A DNA stretch of 64,000 nucleotides, taken from positions 5,603 through 69,602 of the forward strand of contig CADBHI010000024.1 in NCBI GenBank assembly GCA_902794405.1. Reading direction: 5' to 3'. The number at the start of each line of letters is the position of its first letter. Position 1 is the first letter of the stretch. A program made the translations under genes and the position numbers. Below the pieces are notes generated by a model. That model did not search any database, was not told the DNA's origin, and was given only the letters and a program-made list of their open reading frames with translations. Origin of the DNA: an uncultured Prevotellaceae bacterium. GTDB lineage: Bacteria > Bacteroidota > Bacteroidia > Bacteroidales > Bacteroidaceae. This document shows, in pieces, positions 9,801 to 19,608 of the stretch.

Positions 9801-11103
9801 TGGTCTCCATTTTTGCGGCAATCACACCCAGCTTGTCGTTGTCGACGAGTTGTCCTACATGGATACCGTCGGTATTGAAGGAAGCCGTGAAATGCTTGTC
9901 CTCTGTCAACTGTATCTGGGCGTCAATTTGTCCGATACCCGTCGTGACGTCGGCATCAGCCATGAGAGTTCCTTCTTCGTCACCGCCGAACGTACCTTTC
10001 AGTTGGACGTTGCCTATGCGGAGTAGTGGTTCCGGCAACTTGACAATACGCTTTGAAAGGAAGTCAATAGCTTCATTGGTTACAAGCAGATGGCTAACAC
10101 CAGCTTTCCAGGTGTCCTTCCCGTTGGGTGAATGGGTGAAGTGGCCTCCAGCCTGTAATGAGAGATCGCCCATTTCAGATTCAATCTGCAGGCGGGGAAC
10201 GGTCAGCGTATGGCCCTCGTAGGAGAAGTCTGTCTTCAATAAGAGGGTATGCTGGTAATTCTTGAGTGCTGGAATCAGTCCTCGAAAGTCGGAGGGGGTG
10301 ATGCTGGTGTTGTCGATTCCTCCCTGGAAACGTAGCGACTCCTGGAATTGCCGGCGGTTGTAGGTGGCTACGAGGCTGTCGATATGGATGTCGGTTTCAG
10401 GCAACTGCAGATGGAAGTCTTGCAGTTCGCCATTCTGATTGCCTGCTGCGAACCGTAAAGCCAGTCGCCTGACATTGATGCCCGACTGTTCCAGGAACGT
10501 GAGTCGTTTCACGTTGACGTTGATGCTGTCCTCCCTGAGTACCTTTAATATGACATGTGCGCTGATATTCAGGACGTTCAGGTGCTGGGGGTTGAATTTC
10601 CCTGGCGTAGACGGCACGTCCCATTGGTCGTAGCTGATGCTGCTGTTACGCATGATGAAGGAGTTGACGCGCAGGTCCAGGGGACGGTTGCTGGTCGTGT
10701 CGTTGGAGGCCAGGGCGTCGAGGATGAACTGGAAGTTAGTCGGCGATTCGGCATCCTTTCGCGACAGATGGGCCTTGGCACCGAATATTTGTGCTGACGA
10801 GATGGAGATCTTTCCCAGTATGAACGACGTAGGGTCTACCTTTGCCGTTACTCGGGCGGCCTTCAGTAGGATTTTGTGTTGCTGGTCATAGACGACGACG
10901 TCATCGATAATCAGACGGTTGAGGAATCCCAGGTCGATGCGTCCCACCTTGACTTCCGTCCCCAGCGTCTCGCTTAATAATTCGGCTGTTTTGCTTCCAA
11001 TTTCACGTTGTACTGCGGGGATATGAATAGCCAGCAAGACTATCGCATATAGACCCAACAGCGTCCATACAGTTCCGTTGATGATATGTTTAAGTGCCTT
11101 CAC
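6886..11103 (-). CDS. tamB: Translocation/assembly module TamB domain protein
   Basis: 1405 aa, N-terminal TM anchor, beta-rich body and DUF490-like C-terminus (GRMLNNRLLINGQFGYRDN, GDFDIRYLL). Confidence 0.85.
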   Translation of the reverse strand: MKALKHIINGTVWTLLGLYAIVLLAIHIPAVQREIGSKTAELLSETLGTEVKVGRIDLGFLNRLIIDDVVVYDQQHKILLKAARVTAKVDPTSFILGKISISSAQIFGAKAHLSRKDAESPTNFQFILDALASNDTTSNRPLDLRVNSFIMRNSSISYDQWDVPSTPGKFNPQHLNVLNISAHVILKVLREDSINVNVKRLTFLEQSGINVRRLALRFAAGNQNGELQDFHLQLPETDIHIDSLVATYNRRQFQESLRFQGGIDNTSITPSDFRGLIPALKNYQHTLLLKTDFSYEGHTLTVPRLQIESEMGDLSLQAGGHFTHSPNGKDTWKAGVSHLLVTNEAIDFLSKRIVKLPEPLLRIGNVQLKGTFGGDEEGTLMADADVTTGIGQIDAQIQLTEDKHFTASFNTDGIHVGQLVDNDKLGVIAAKMETNGTVSSQIAAKGRIEKFEYEGTTYEHIELDGNYAPNHIDGRLSINDPKVKAGLELNINGTDINSAEGIISLQDLSLPEKDYNLDYLRIESGFEEGVHFLTLNSDFAHADISGEFDYATLAQSFANAIGSKLPTLPGLPPLTKDTKNNFTIHLKVAKTDWAEKLLGIPLDTHQTITLDANFNDNTRQIVANLDVPSFSYNGHLYERGTVNISSPLDTLMLQASIWSIEDDREPFALKVDGHAADNNISFALAWNNNDAVSPFHGVLNASAELYRNLSDQSEAHVRIFPSNVTLRNAQWLIEPSDILYSEGRLLIDNFAVHNGEQYIKADGIASSQKTDSVTVTLNNIEVADILDLVDFDAVTFSGYASGNAILVSAFDDPDAYANLTVDNFKFQEGRMGTLLARVDWNKQMKQIDINATANDGPDAITFINGYVSPEREYIDLGLHARGTYLDFMHSFTESFISHITGHGKGDLRLAGPLSAINLTGGLRIDGEATITPLNTTYWLRNDTITLVYNEILIDSLPIHDKYNNVGYLSGAIHHEDLTNLSLDLHVDTDQLLGYDFHDFGDQSFYGTVFASGTVDIRMKGDDVHIDCNVSPLKNSVFVYNAAQNDAISDQEFITWKVPVANTATATAVTPQSSSSNIYMNFLVNVTPVGTMRILMDAKTGDYITLNGSGSLQASYYNKGAFEMQGTYAVESGTYDVTIQGIINKKFQFQPGSTIVFGGDPYSAALNLQALYTVNGVSLSDLQLGNTFSSNTVRVNCLMNIGGQPSSPQVTFDLDLPTVNADEKQMVRSLLSSQQEMNQQVLYLLGIGRFYSQGQNNAGEQQEQSRTSLAMQSFLSGTLSTQINNAINQIVRNDDWNFGANISTGTEGWNNAEYEGIVAGRMLNNRLLINGQFGYRDNATQASPSFIGDFDIRYLLLPNGNLALKVYNQTNDRYFTRSSMNTQGVGIIMKKDFNGLRDLFGRKKKE

Positions 11104-11277
11104 TTGTTGTCAGTCGGAGATAGCAAATTGAGCCGTTTCCATTGATTTGATTTGCAAAAATACAATAAAATATTGGGATAACGGCAATTTTCATGGATAA
11201 ATTCTCTTTATATCCTAAAATTTTATTAATTTTGCAGTCGCTTAACGTTAGCTTTTAATTCAAATCGTTTATTATAG

Positions 11278-12621
11278 ATGGCAAATGTAATCAAGTTACG
11301 CAAAGGCTTAGACATTCATCTGCAAGGTAAAGCTGAGGAGAAGAAGATCCAACTGAAGTCGAAGGGGCAGTATGCCTTGGTGCCCGACGATTTCGAGGGA
11401 ATCACTCCGAAAGTAATTGTTCGCGAAGGTGATCATGTCTTGGCCGGGGATGCTTTGTTTGTCAACAAGCAGTATCCCGAAGTGAAGTTTGCCTCGCCAG
11501 TAAGCGGTACCGTCCGCGAAGTGGTGCGAGGTGAGCGTAGAAAGGTTCTCTGCGTGAAGGTCGATGCCGATGCCCAGCAGGAATTTGCTGACTACGGCAA
11601 GAAAGATGTGGCAAAGATGGACGGCAAGGCCGTTGTCGATGCACTCCTTGAAGCAGGTATCTTTGGGTATATCAATCAGTTGCCTTATGCTGTTTCAACC
11701 AATCCTACGGTGATGCCTAAGGCCATTTTCGTGTCTGCCCTAAGGGATAAGCCCTTGGCTGCTGACTTCGAGTTTGAGGTAGCGGGACAGGAGGCTGACT
11801 TCCAGACCGGACTGACGGCTCTGTCGAAGATTGCCAAGACTTATCTCGGCATCGGCGTAGGCTCGAAACTCGAAGGTATGAAGGATGCCGAGGTGACGGT
11901 GTTCGACGGCAAGTGCCCTGCTGGTAACGTCGGCGTTCAGGTGAACAACATCGACCCAGTAAACAAGGGCGAGGTGGTCTGGACCATTGGCGACCCCACG
12001 GTGGTGCTGTTCATTGGCCGCCTGTTCAATACGGGCAAGGTGAACCTGACCCGTACGGTGGCCCTTTGCGGTAGTGAGGTTAACAGCCCCGCCTATGTCG
12101 ATATGCTGGTGGGTGAGGAACTCTCGACGCTTCTGAGCAACAGCTACGACGCCCAGAAGAGCGTACGCATTATCAATGGTAATGTGCTGACGGGTAAGCC
12201 CACCACGAAGGAAGGCTTCCTCGGAGCTCACGCTTCTGAAATCACCGTCATTCCCGAAGGCAATGATGCCGACGAGATACTGGGTTGGATTCTGCCGCGC
12301 TTCAAGCAGTTCTCTGTGAACCGCAGCTACTTCTCCTGGCTCTGTGGCAAGAAGCAGTATGCACTCGATGCCCGTATCAAGGGTGGTGAGCGTCATATCA
12401 TCATGAGTGGTGAATATGACAAGGTGCTGCCGATGGATATCTATGGTGAATACCTGATCAAGGCTATCATTTCTGGCGACATCGACCGTCAGGAGGCGCT
12501 CGGTATCTACGAGGTCAGTCCTGAGGACTTTGCCTTGGCCGAGTTCGTGGACAGCTCGAAGCTGGAATTGCAACGCATTGTGCGTGAAGGACTTAATTTG
12601 TTACGTAAAGAAAACGCATAG
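11278..12621 (+). CDS. nqrA: Na+-translocating NADH:quinone reductase subunit A
   Basis: MANVIKLRKGLDI start, FASPVSG motif, first gene of the operon. Confidence 0.95.
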   Translation: MANVIKLRKGLDIHLQGKAEEKKIQLKSKGQYALVPDDFEGITPKVIVREGDHVLAGDALFVNKQYPEVKFASPVSGTVREVVRGERRKVLCVKVDADAQQEFADYGKKDVAKMDGKAVVDALLEAGIFGYINQLPYAVSTNPTVMPKAIFVSALRDKPLAADFEFEVAGQEADFQTGLTALSKIAKTYLGIGVGSKLEGMKDAEVTVFDGKCPAGNVGVQVNNIDPVNKGEVVWTIGDPTVVLFIGRLFNTGKVNLTRTVALCGSEVNSPAYVDMLVGEELSTLLSNSYDAQKSVRIINGNVLTGKPTTKEGFLGAHASEITVIPEGNDADEILGWILPRFKQFSVNRSYFSWLCGKKQYALDARIKGGERHIIMSGEYDKVLPMDIYGEYLIKAIISGDIDRQEALGIYEVSPEDFALAEFVDSSKLELQRIVREGLNLLRKENA

Positions 12622-12626
12622 GGACT

Positions 12627-13787
12627 ATGAGTGCATTAAGAAATTACATCAACAAGATAAAGCCGAACTTCGAGGAGGGTGGCAAGCTGCATGCCTTCCA
12701 TTCGCTGTTCGACGGCTTCGAGACCTTCCTTTACGTGCCTAACGACACGGCGAAGGCTGGTAGCGTCAACATTCACGACGCCATTGATTCGAAGCGTATT
12801 ATGAGTATGGTGGTTATCGCCCTGATGCCCGCCATGCTGTTTGGTATGTACAATATCGGTTATCAGAACTATCTCGCTGCAGGCACCCTTGCTGATGCCA
12901 GTTTCTTCGAGATTTTCTGCTATGGCTTTTTGGCTGTACTGCCTAAGATTCTCGTCAGCTACATCGTTGGTCTGGGTATTGAGTTTGCCTGGGCACAGTG
13001 GAAGGGCGAGGAGATTCAGGAGGGCTACCTCGTTTCGGGTATCCTCATTCCGCTGATTGTTCCCATCGGCTGTCCGCTGTGGATGCTGGCGCTGGCCTGC
13101 GCCTTCTCGGTGATCTTCTGTAAGGAGATCTTCGGCGGCACGGGTATGAACATCTTCAACCCCGCCATCGCTGCCCGTATGTTCCTGTTCTTCGCCTATC
13201 CGTCGAAGATGACGGGCGACCAGGTGTGGGTGGCTCAGGACAGCATCTTCGGACTGGGTAACACGCTGCCCGACGGCTTCACGGCTGCTACGCCGCTTGG
13301 ACAGATAGGGCAGGGAATTGCCCCCGATGCTTCCATCTGCGACATGATTTGCGGCTTTATCCCTGGCTCCATCGGCGAGACCAGCGTTATTGCCATCGCC
13401 CTCGGCGCTATCCTGCTGCTGTGGACGGGCATCGCTTCGTGGCGCACCATGCTGAGCGTCTTCGTGGGTGGTGCCGTCTTGGCATTCGTCTTCGAGCAGA
13501 CGGGTCAGTCAATGGTATGGTGGCATCACTTCATCCTTGGCGGCTTCGCCTTTGGTGCCGTGTTCATGGCTACCGACCCCGTCACCTCTTGCCGCACCAC
13601 CACGGGCCAGTACATCTACGGTTTCCTGATTGGTGCGATGGCTGTCATCATCCGTGTGATGAATGCCGGCTATCCTGAGGGTATGATGCTCGCCATCTTC
13701 TTTGGTAATATGTTTGCGCCTACAATCGACCACTTCGTGGTGGCTCGTAACATTTCGAAACGTTTGAAGAGAGGAGGTACCAAATGA
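12627..13787 (+). CDS. nqrB: Na+-NQR subunit B
   Basis: KEIFGGTGMNIFNPA, the ATPL FMN site and FMATDPVT. Confidence 0.95.
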   Translation: MSALRNYINKIKPNFEEGGKLHAFHSLFDGFETFLYVPNDTAKAGSVNIHDAIDSKRIMSMVVIALMPAMLFGMYNIGYQNYLAAGTLADASFFEIFCYGFLAVLPKILVSYIVGLGIEFAWAQWKGEEIQEGYLVSGILIPLIVPIGCPLWMLALACAFSVIFCKEIFGGTGMNIFNPAIAARMFLFFAYPSKMTGDQVWVAQDSIFGLGNTLPDGFTAATPLGQIGQGIAPDASICDMICGFIPGSIGETSVIAIALGAILLLWTGIASWRTMLSVFVGGAVLAFVFEQTGQSMVWWHHFILGGFAFGAVFMATDPVTSCRTTTGQYIYGFLIGAMAVIIRVMNAGYPEGMMLAIFFGNMFAPTIDHFVVARNISKRLKRGGTK

Positions 13788-14470
13788 AACTGAATACTAA
13801 CAGCAACTCGTACATTATTATATATAGTGCGATACTCGTGGTCATCGTGGCCTTCCTGCTGGCTTTCGTCTATCAGGCATTGAAGCCCATGCAGGATGCT
13901 AATGTGGCTCTTGATGTGAAGAAACAGATTCTCTATTCGCTCAATATCCGCGACCTCGACGGCGCAGAGGCTGAGGCCAAGTATGCCGAGGTAGTGAAGA
14001 ATGAAGGCGAGAAGGATGGTCAGAAGTACTATCTGTGTGAGATTGACGGTGAGGATATCCTCGTGGTCGCTCTGAAGGGTATGGGACTCTGGGGCGGCAT
14101 CAGTGGCTATATCTCCATACATGGTGATGAGACGCCTGTCGTCTATGGTGCCTACTTCAATCATGAAAGTGAGACAGCAGGCTTAGGTGCAGAGATCAAG
14201 GATTCTCAGGCTTGGCAGGAGAAGTTCATCGGCAAGAAAGTCTTCGTCGATCCCGCTGACGGTAGTGAAGTGGCCCTTGGTGTGGTGAAGAATGTGGACA
14301 ATCCTGAGACGCAGGTTGACTGTGTAACAGGTGCTACGCTGACCTCTAATGGTGTGAACGATATGATTAAGGCTGGTTTGAAGGATGCAGGTAAGAATGC
14401 CGTCGAACTCTTTGTCAAGATGCAATGTACGAAGGACGAACCTGCTGATTCTACTGCCGTCGCAGAGTAA
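13784..14470 (+). CDS. nqrC: Na+-NQR subunit C
   Basis: GLWG, ETAGLG and the TGATLTS FMN motif. Confidence 0.95.
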   Translation: MKLNTNSNSYIIIYSAILVVIVAFLLAFVYQALKPMQDANVALDVKKQILYSLNIRDLDGAEAEAKYAEVVKNEGEKDGQKYYLCEIDGEDILVVALKGMGLWGGISGYISIHGDETPVVYGAYFNHESETAGLGAEIKDSQAWQEKFIGKKVFVDPADGSEVALGVVKNVDNPETQVDCVTGATLTSNGVNDMIKAGLKDAGKNAVELFVKMQCTKDEPADSTAVAE

Positions 14471-14518
14471 TCATAATTACTAATTTTTAATTATTAATTT
14501 CTAATTAAGAAAAGAATT

Positions 14519-15142
14519 ATGGCATTATTCAGTAAACAAAATAAGGAGGTTTTTACTAACCCGTTGAACCTCGACCATCCCATTCTGGGCCAGGTGCTCG
14601 GCATCTGCTCGGCATTGGCTGTGACATCGCAGCTGAAGCCGGCCATCGTGATGGGTCTCGCTGTGACGGTCATCACCGCCTTTGCGAATGTGATTATCTC
14701 GATTATCCGCAACACCATTCCTAACCGCATCCGTATCGTGGTTCAGCTCGTGGTGGTTGCTGCTCTCGTGACCATCGTTTCTCAGATCCTGAAGGCTTTC
14801 GCCTACGACGTCAGCGTTCAGCTCTCTGTGTATGTGGGTCTGATTATCACCAACTGTATCCTGATGGGTCGCCTCGAGGCCTTCGCCATGCAGAACAAAC
14901 CCTGGCCGTCGTTCCTCGATGGTGTGGGCAACGGCTTAGGCTACGCCATGATCCTGGTGATTGTGGGTGCCGTTCGTGAGCTCCTCGGACGTGGTTCGCT
15001 GCTGGGCTTCCAGATTATCCCTGACGCCTGCTACGACTTCGGCTATGTGAACAACGGTATGATGACGATGCCGGCAATGGCGCTCATCCTCGTTGGCTGT
15101 GTGATTTGGGTACATCGTGCATATTTTTATAAGGAGAAGTAA
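14519..15142 (+). CDS. nqrD: Na+-NQR subunit D
   Basis: LGICSALAVT and GLIITNCILMGR. Confidence 0.95.
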   Translation: MALFSKQNKEVFTNPLNLDHPILGQVLGICSALAVTSQLKPAIVMGLAVTVITAFANVIISIIRNTIPNRIRIVVQLVVVAALVTIVSQILKAFAYDVSVQLSVYVGLIITNCILMGRLEAFAMQNKPWPSFLDGVGNGLGYAMILVIVGAVRELLGRGSLLGFQIIPDACYDFGYVNNGMMTMPAMALILVGCVIWVHRAYFYKEK

Positions 15143-15145
15143 GTT

Positions 15146-15686
15146 ATGGAACACGCAATATCATTACTGTTTAGGTCCATCTTTGTGGACAATATGATTT
15201 TCGCCTTCTTCTACCGTTCCCGTCAACTATCTGTTGCAGACCAAGGTCTTAGGTGCCGACTGCCTCGCTGAGGGTGTCGACCTGAGCTACCTGTCGTTTA
15301 TCCTCTTTATCGCCGTGATTGCAGGTATGGTGCAGCTGGTGGAGATGACTGTCGAGAAGTACAGCCCCTCGCTCTATGCTGCCCTGGGTATCTTCCTGCC
15401 GCTGATTGCCGTGAACTGCGCCATCATGGGTGCTTCGCTCTTCATGCAGCAGCGCATCCTGATGGAGCCCACCAACTCGCAGGCCATTACCAGTATTTGG
15501 GACGCTATGGTCTACGGCTTTGGCTCGGGTCTTGGCTGGACGCTGGCCATCGTGGCTATGGGTGCCATCCGTGAGAAGATGCAGTACTCCGACGTTCCCA
15601 AGCCCTTGCAGGGCCTCGGCATTGTGTTTATTACTGTCGGCCTCATGGCTATGGCAATGATGTGTTTCTCTGGACTTAATATTTGA
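15146..15686 (+). pseudogene. nqrE: Na+-NQR subunit E with a frameshifting internal deletion near 15212
   Basis: [22 protein letters not shown] joins out of frame to [13 protein letters not shown]...[11 protein letters not shown]. The conserved LGMC..LAVS segment is absent. Confidence 0.85.
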
Positions 15687-15695
15687 TTTGAAGGT

Positions 15696-16964
15696 ATGGC
15701 ACAGTTTATAGCATATAGTATAGGAGTTTTCCTCCTGGTAATCATCCTCCTGGTGATTATCCTGTTGGTGGCAAAGAAATACCTGAGCCCCAGCGGCAAC
15801 GTGAATATCGAGATTAACGGTGATCGTACCATCAACGTGCCCCAGGGTAGCAGCCTGATGGCTACGCTCAACGAGAATGGTGTGTTCCTGCCCAGTGCCT
15901 GCGGTGGTAAGGCCTCTTGCGGACAATGTAAGGTGCAGGTGCTCGAGGGTGGTGGAGAGATTCTTGATTCGGAAAAGCCCCACTTCACCCGTAAGGAGAT
16001 CAAGGCCGGCTGGCGCCTCGGCTGCCAGTGCAAGGTGAAGGGCGACCTGAAGATCCATGTCGACGAGTCTATCTTGGGCGTGAAAGAGTACGAGTGTACG
16101 GTCATCTCAAACAAGAACGTGGCTACCTTCATCAAGGAGTTCAAGGTACAGCTGCCTGCTGGTGCCCACATGGACTTCCTGCCTGGTTCCTACGCCCAGA
16201 TCAAGATTCCTGCCTTCGACTGCATCGACTACGACAAGGACTTCGATAAATCGTTGATAGGCGACGAGTATCTGCCCAGCTGGGAGAAGTTCGGACTCTT
16301 CCCGCTGAAGTGTAAGAACCCCGAGCCCACCATCCGTGCCTACTCGATGGCCAACTATCCTGCCGAGGGCGACGTGTTCATGCTGACGGTTCGTATTGCT
16401 ACGCCGCCGTTCAAGGCCGACAAGAGCGGATTCATGGAGGTCAACCCAGGTATCGCCTCCAGCTACATCTTCTCGCTGAAGCCTGGCGACAAGGTGATCA
16501 TGAGTGGCCCTTACGGCGACTTCCACCCACACTTCGACTCGAAGAAGGAGATGATTTGGGTTGGTGGTGGTGCTGGTATGGCTCCGTTGCGTGCCCAGAT
16601 TATGCACATGACCAAGACCCTCCACACCAAGGACCGCGAGATGCACTACTTCTATGGTGCCCGTGCCCTCAACGAGGTGTTCTATCTCGAGGACTTCCTC
16701 GGACTGGAGAAGGAGTACCCCAATTTCCACTTCCACCTCGCCCTCGACCGTCCCGATCCTGCTGCCGATGCCGCTGGCGTGAAGTACACCCCGGGCTTCG
16801 TCCATCAGGTGATGCTCAACACCTACCTGAAGGACCACGAGGCACCCGAGGACATCGAGTACTACATGTGCGGTCCTGGCCCCATGTCGAAGGCTGTCGT
16901 CTCTATGCTCGACTCCCTCGGCGTAGAGCCCGAAAGCATCATGTACGATAACTTCGGAGGCTAA
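15696..16964 (+). CDS. nqrF: Na+-NQR subunit F
   Basis: SACGGKASCGQC 2Fe-2S motif, RAYSMA, GGGAGMAP and YMCGP; ends DNFGG. Confidence 0.95.
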   Translation: MAQFIAYSIGVFLLVIILLVIILLVAKKYLSPSGNVNIEINGDRTINVPQGSSLMATLNENGVFLPSACGGKASCGQCKVQVLEGGGEILDSEKPHFTRKEIKAGWRLGCQCKVKGDLKIHVDESILGVKEYECTVISNKNVATFIKEFKVQLPAGAHMDFLPGSYAQIKIPAFDCIDYDKDFDKSLIGDEYLPSWEKFGLFPLKCKNPEPTIRAYSMANYPAEGDVFMLTVRIATPPFKADKSGFMEVNPGIASSYIFSLKPGDKVIMSGPYGDFHPHFDSKKEMIWVGGGAGMAPLRAQIMHMTKTLHTKDREMHYFYGARALNEVFYLEDFLGLEKEYPNFHFHLALDRPDPAADAAGVKYTPGFVHQVMLNTYLKDHEAPEDIEYYMCGPGPMSKAVVSMLDSLGVEPESIMYDNFGG

Positions 16965-16988
16965 TACTGCAAGAATCATCAAGAAGCT

Positions 16989-18686
16989 ATGACACAGAAG
17001 ATCATCATTCTGGACTTTGGCTCACAGACTACCCAGCTCATCGGACGACGTGTCCGTGAGCTGGATACTTTTTGTGAGATATTGCCCTACAACAAGTTTC
17101 CAAAGGACGACCCCAGCGTCATTGGCGTCATACTTAGCGGGTCGCCCTATTCCGTTCATGACCCCGAGGCCTTCAAGGTCGACCTCTCACAGTTCGTGGG
17201 ACGTGTCCCCGTCTTAGGCATTTGCTATGGCGCACAGTTCATCAGCCACAGCATGGGAGGACGAGTGGAGAAGGCCGACAGTCGTGAGTATGGACGTGCC
17301 AACCTCACAGCCGTCGATACCACCAACCCACTGTTCAGGGGCTTTCAGACCAATTCGCAGGTATGGATGTCGCATGGTGATACCATCACCGCCATACCCG
17401 ACGGATTCCGCGTCATCGGCTCCACCAAGGACGTCAAGAACGCCGCCTTCTACTGCGCTCCTTCACCATCCACCATCCACCATCCACTATCCACCACTCA
17501 CCAAGGCATCTGGGCCGTACAGTTCCATCCCGAGGTGTTCCACACCTTGCAGGGATCGTTGCTGCTCAGGAACTTTGTGGTCGACATCTGCGGAAGTCGT
17601 CAGGAATGGAGTGCCGCCTCGTTTGTCGACTCTACCGTAGCCGAACTCAAACAGCAGTTAGGACAGGATCAGGTGATCCTCGGCCTGTCGGGTGGGGTAG
17701 ACTCCTCCGTGGCCGCCGTATTGCTGAACCGCGCCATCGGCAACCGACTCACTTGCATCTTCGTAGACCACGGCATGCTCCGCAAGAACGAGTTCCAGCA
17801 GGTGATGGAGGATTACAAGGTCCTCGGCCTTAACGTCATCGGCGTCGATGCCAGCAAGAAGTTCTTCGCCGACCTTGCAGGAGTGGACGATCCAGAGCAG
17901 AAGCGTAAAATCATTGGACGCGACTTCGTGGAAGTGTTCAACGAGCAGGCCAAGGCCATTATCAATTCTGCCGCTCTCCCCTCCCATCAAGGGGAGGGGC
18001 AGGGGGTGGGGTCTGTCCGCTGGCTGGCACAGGGCACCATCTATCCTGACCGCATCGAGTCGCTCAATATCACGGGCAAGGTCATCAAGAGCCATCACAA
18101 CGTGGGTGGATTGCCCAAGGAGATGAACCTGCAGCTCTGTGAGCCGCTGAAGTGGCTCTTCAAGGACGAAGTGCGCCGTGTGGGCCGTCAGCTCGGAATG
18201 CCTGAGCACCTCATCACCCGTCATCCTTTCCCAGGCCCTGGACTTGCCGTTCGCATTCTGGGTGACATCACTCCTGAGAAAGTACGCATCCTTCAGGATG
18301 CCGACGACATCTATATCCGCGGATTGCGTGAGTATAAGGTGAAACTCTCTGGCGAGGAGGCTCGTCGTGTCCTGGCCGCTGGAGTGCCTGCTGAAATGAC
18401 TGACGGCGAGATTGAGGTATCGCTCTACGACCAGATATGGCAAGCAGGCGTCGTTCTCCTCTCTACCGTCCGCTCGGTGGGTGTCATGGGCGACGAGCGT
18501 ACCTACGAGCACCCCGTTGCCCTGCGTGCTGTCACCTCGACCGATGCTATGACTGCCGACTGGGCACACCTGCCCTACGACTTCATGGCCAAGGTGTCGA
18601 ACGAGATCATCAACAAGGTTCGTGGCGTCAACCGCGTCTGCTACGACATCTCGTCAAAGCCACCAGCCACGATCGAGTGGGAATAG
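16989..18686 (+). CDS. guaA: GMP synthase (glutamine-hydrolysing) with repeat-derived in-frame insertions
   Basis: ILDFGSQ, LGICYG, QFHPEV, SGGVDS and KPPATIEWE. Confidence 0.97.
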   Translation: MTQKIIILDFGSQTTQLIGRRVRELDTFCEILPYNKFPKDDPSVIGVILSGSPYSVHDPEAFKVDLSQFVGRVPVLGICYGAQFISHSMGGRVEKADSREYGRANLTAVDTTNPLFRGFQTNSQVWMSHGDTITAIPDGFRVIGSTKDVKNAAFYCAPSPSTIHHPLSTTHQGIWAVQFHPEVFHTLQGSLLLRNFVVDICGSRQEWSAASFVDSTVAELKQQLGQDQVILGLSGGVDSSVAAVLLNRAIGNRLTCIFVDHGMLRKNEFQQVMEDYKVLGLNVIGVDASKKFFADLAGVDDPEQKRKIIGRDFVEVFNEQAKAIINSAALPSHQGEGQGVGSVRWLAQGTIYPDRIESLNITGKVIKSHHNVGGLPKEMNLQLCEPLKWLFKDEVRRVGRQLGMPEHLITRHPFPGPGLAVRILGDITPEKVRILQDADDIYIRGLREYKVKLSGEEARRVLAAGVPAEMTDGEIEVSLYDQIWQAGVVLLSTVRSVGVMGDERTYEHPVALRAVTSTDAMTADWAHLPYDFMAKVSNEIINKVRGVNRVCYDISSKPPATIEWE

Positions 18687-18699
18687 ACCAATATAGAAT

Positions 18700-18733
18700 G
18701 AGGGTGTGTCAGAATAGGCGCATCCTCTTTTTT
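18700..18733 (+). terminator. Intrinsic terminator after guaA
   Basis: gagggtgtgtc/ggcgcatcctc stem with G-U pairs, followed by a T tract. Confidence 0.7.
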
Positions 18734-18830
18734 GTCTGTTACGATAAAAAATGCAAAAAATCAGGCTCATAATAAACGTCGTGTGAAATAAATGATTATC
18801 TTTGCAAACGTATAAGAAAATGTATAAAAC

Positions 18831-19085
18831 ATGTCGTATAGTCAAATAGCACAGATGGAACTCATGAATGCTATCAACAGCATTAATTCAGAGTCGGATT
18901 TGAATGAGTTCAAGGATTTGTTGGCACGCTTTTTTGCCAGCAAAGCCCAGAAAGCCATTGATGCTTTATGGAATGATGGCGTCATAAACAATGACACTAT
19001 TGAGGAATGGGGTGAAGAACACATGCGTACTCCATATCGCTATGAGACACAAAGGAAATTGCCTGTAACGTCGTTGAGGCCATAG
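18831..19085 (+). CDS. Putative antitoxin of a PIN toxin-antitoxin pair
   Basis: Small acidic helical protein ending EHMRTPY, overlapping the PIN gene start; -7 box at about 18797. Confidence 0.6.
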   Translation: MSYSQIAQMELMNAINSINSESDLNEFKDLLARFFASKAQKAIDALWNDGVINNDTIEEWGEEHMRTPYRYETQRKLPVTSLRP

Positions 19086-19300
19086 CGAGATTGAGCACAA
19101 CTTATTTTCAGGAGGTCTATATCCATTTTGGATTGATTACTGCCGATCCTGATGACAATAAGTTTGTGGACTGTGCAGTAGCGGCTGATGCGGAATACAT
19201 TGTCACAAACGATAAGCACTTCAAAGTCCTCAAGAAGGTTTCGTGGCCCAGATTGTCTGTGATCAGGCTCAAGGAATTCGTAGCCCAAATTGGCGAATAG
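19042..19300 (+). pseudogene. PIN-domain toxin with its N-terminal part deleted
   Basis: ATG AGA CAC joins out of frame to KEIACNVV...DPDDNKFVDCAVAADAEYIVTNDKHF. The N-terminal VLDTN motif is missing. Confidence 0.75.
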
Positions 19301-19357
19301 AATACTTAATTTGATTACCTTTGCACAATAGTTGTAGATTTTAATTCAATAACAATT

Positions 19358-19597
19358 ATGGGAATTATCGGTTCAATTATTATTGGTTGCCTGGCAGGCT
19401 TCTGCGCAGGTAAGTTGATGAAGGGTGGAGGCTTCGGCCTGGTAATGAATTTGGTGCTCGGCCTGTTTGGCGGTGTACTCGGCGGTTGGTTGTTCTCACT
19501 CCTCGGCATTTCGTGGGGAGGCATCATGGGCCAGCTCGGTACTGCCATCGTAGGTGCCGTCGTCATCCTCTGGGTCGCTTCGCTTCTCAAGAAGTAA
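19358..19597 (+). CDS. GlsB/YeaQ/YmgE family (transglycosylase-associated) membrane protein
   Basis: 79 aa, Gly-rich and hydrophobic, with AIVGAVVILW. Confidence 0.85.
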   Translation: MGIIGSIIIGCLAGFCAGKLMKGGGFGLVMNLVLGLFGGVLGGWLFSLLGISWGGIMGQLGTAIVGAVVILWVASLLKK

Positions 19598-19608
19598 GGT
19601 TCTACTAG

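Noticed and set aside
15249-18569. Long antisense ORFs over nqrF and guaA (and similar ones elsewhere)
   Set aside because: Shadow ORFs expected from GC-rich third codon positions opposite well-supported genes.
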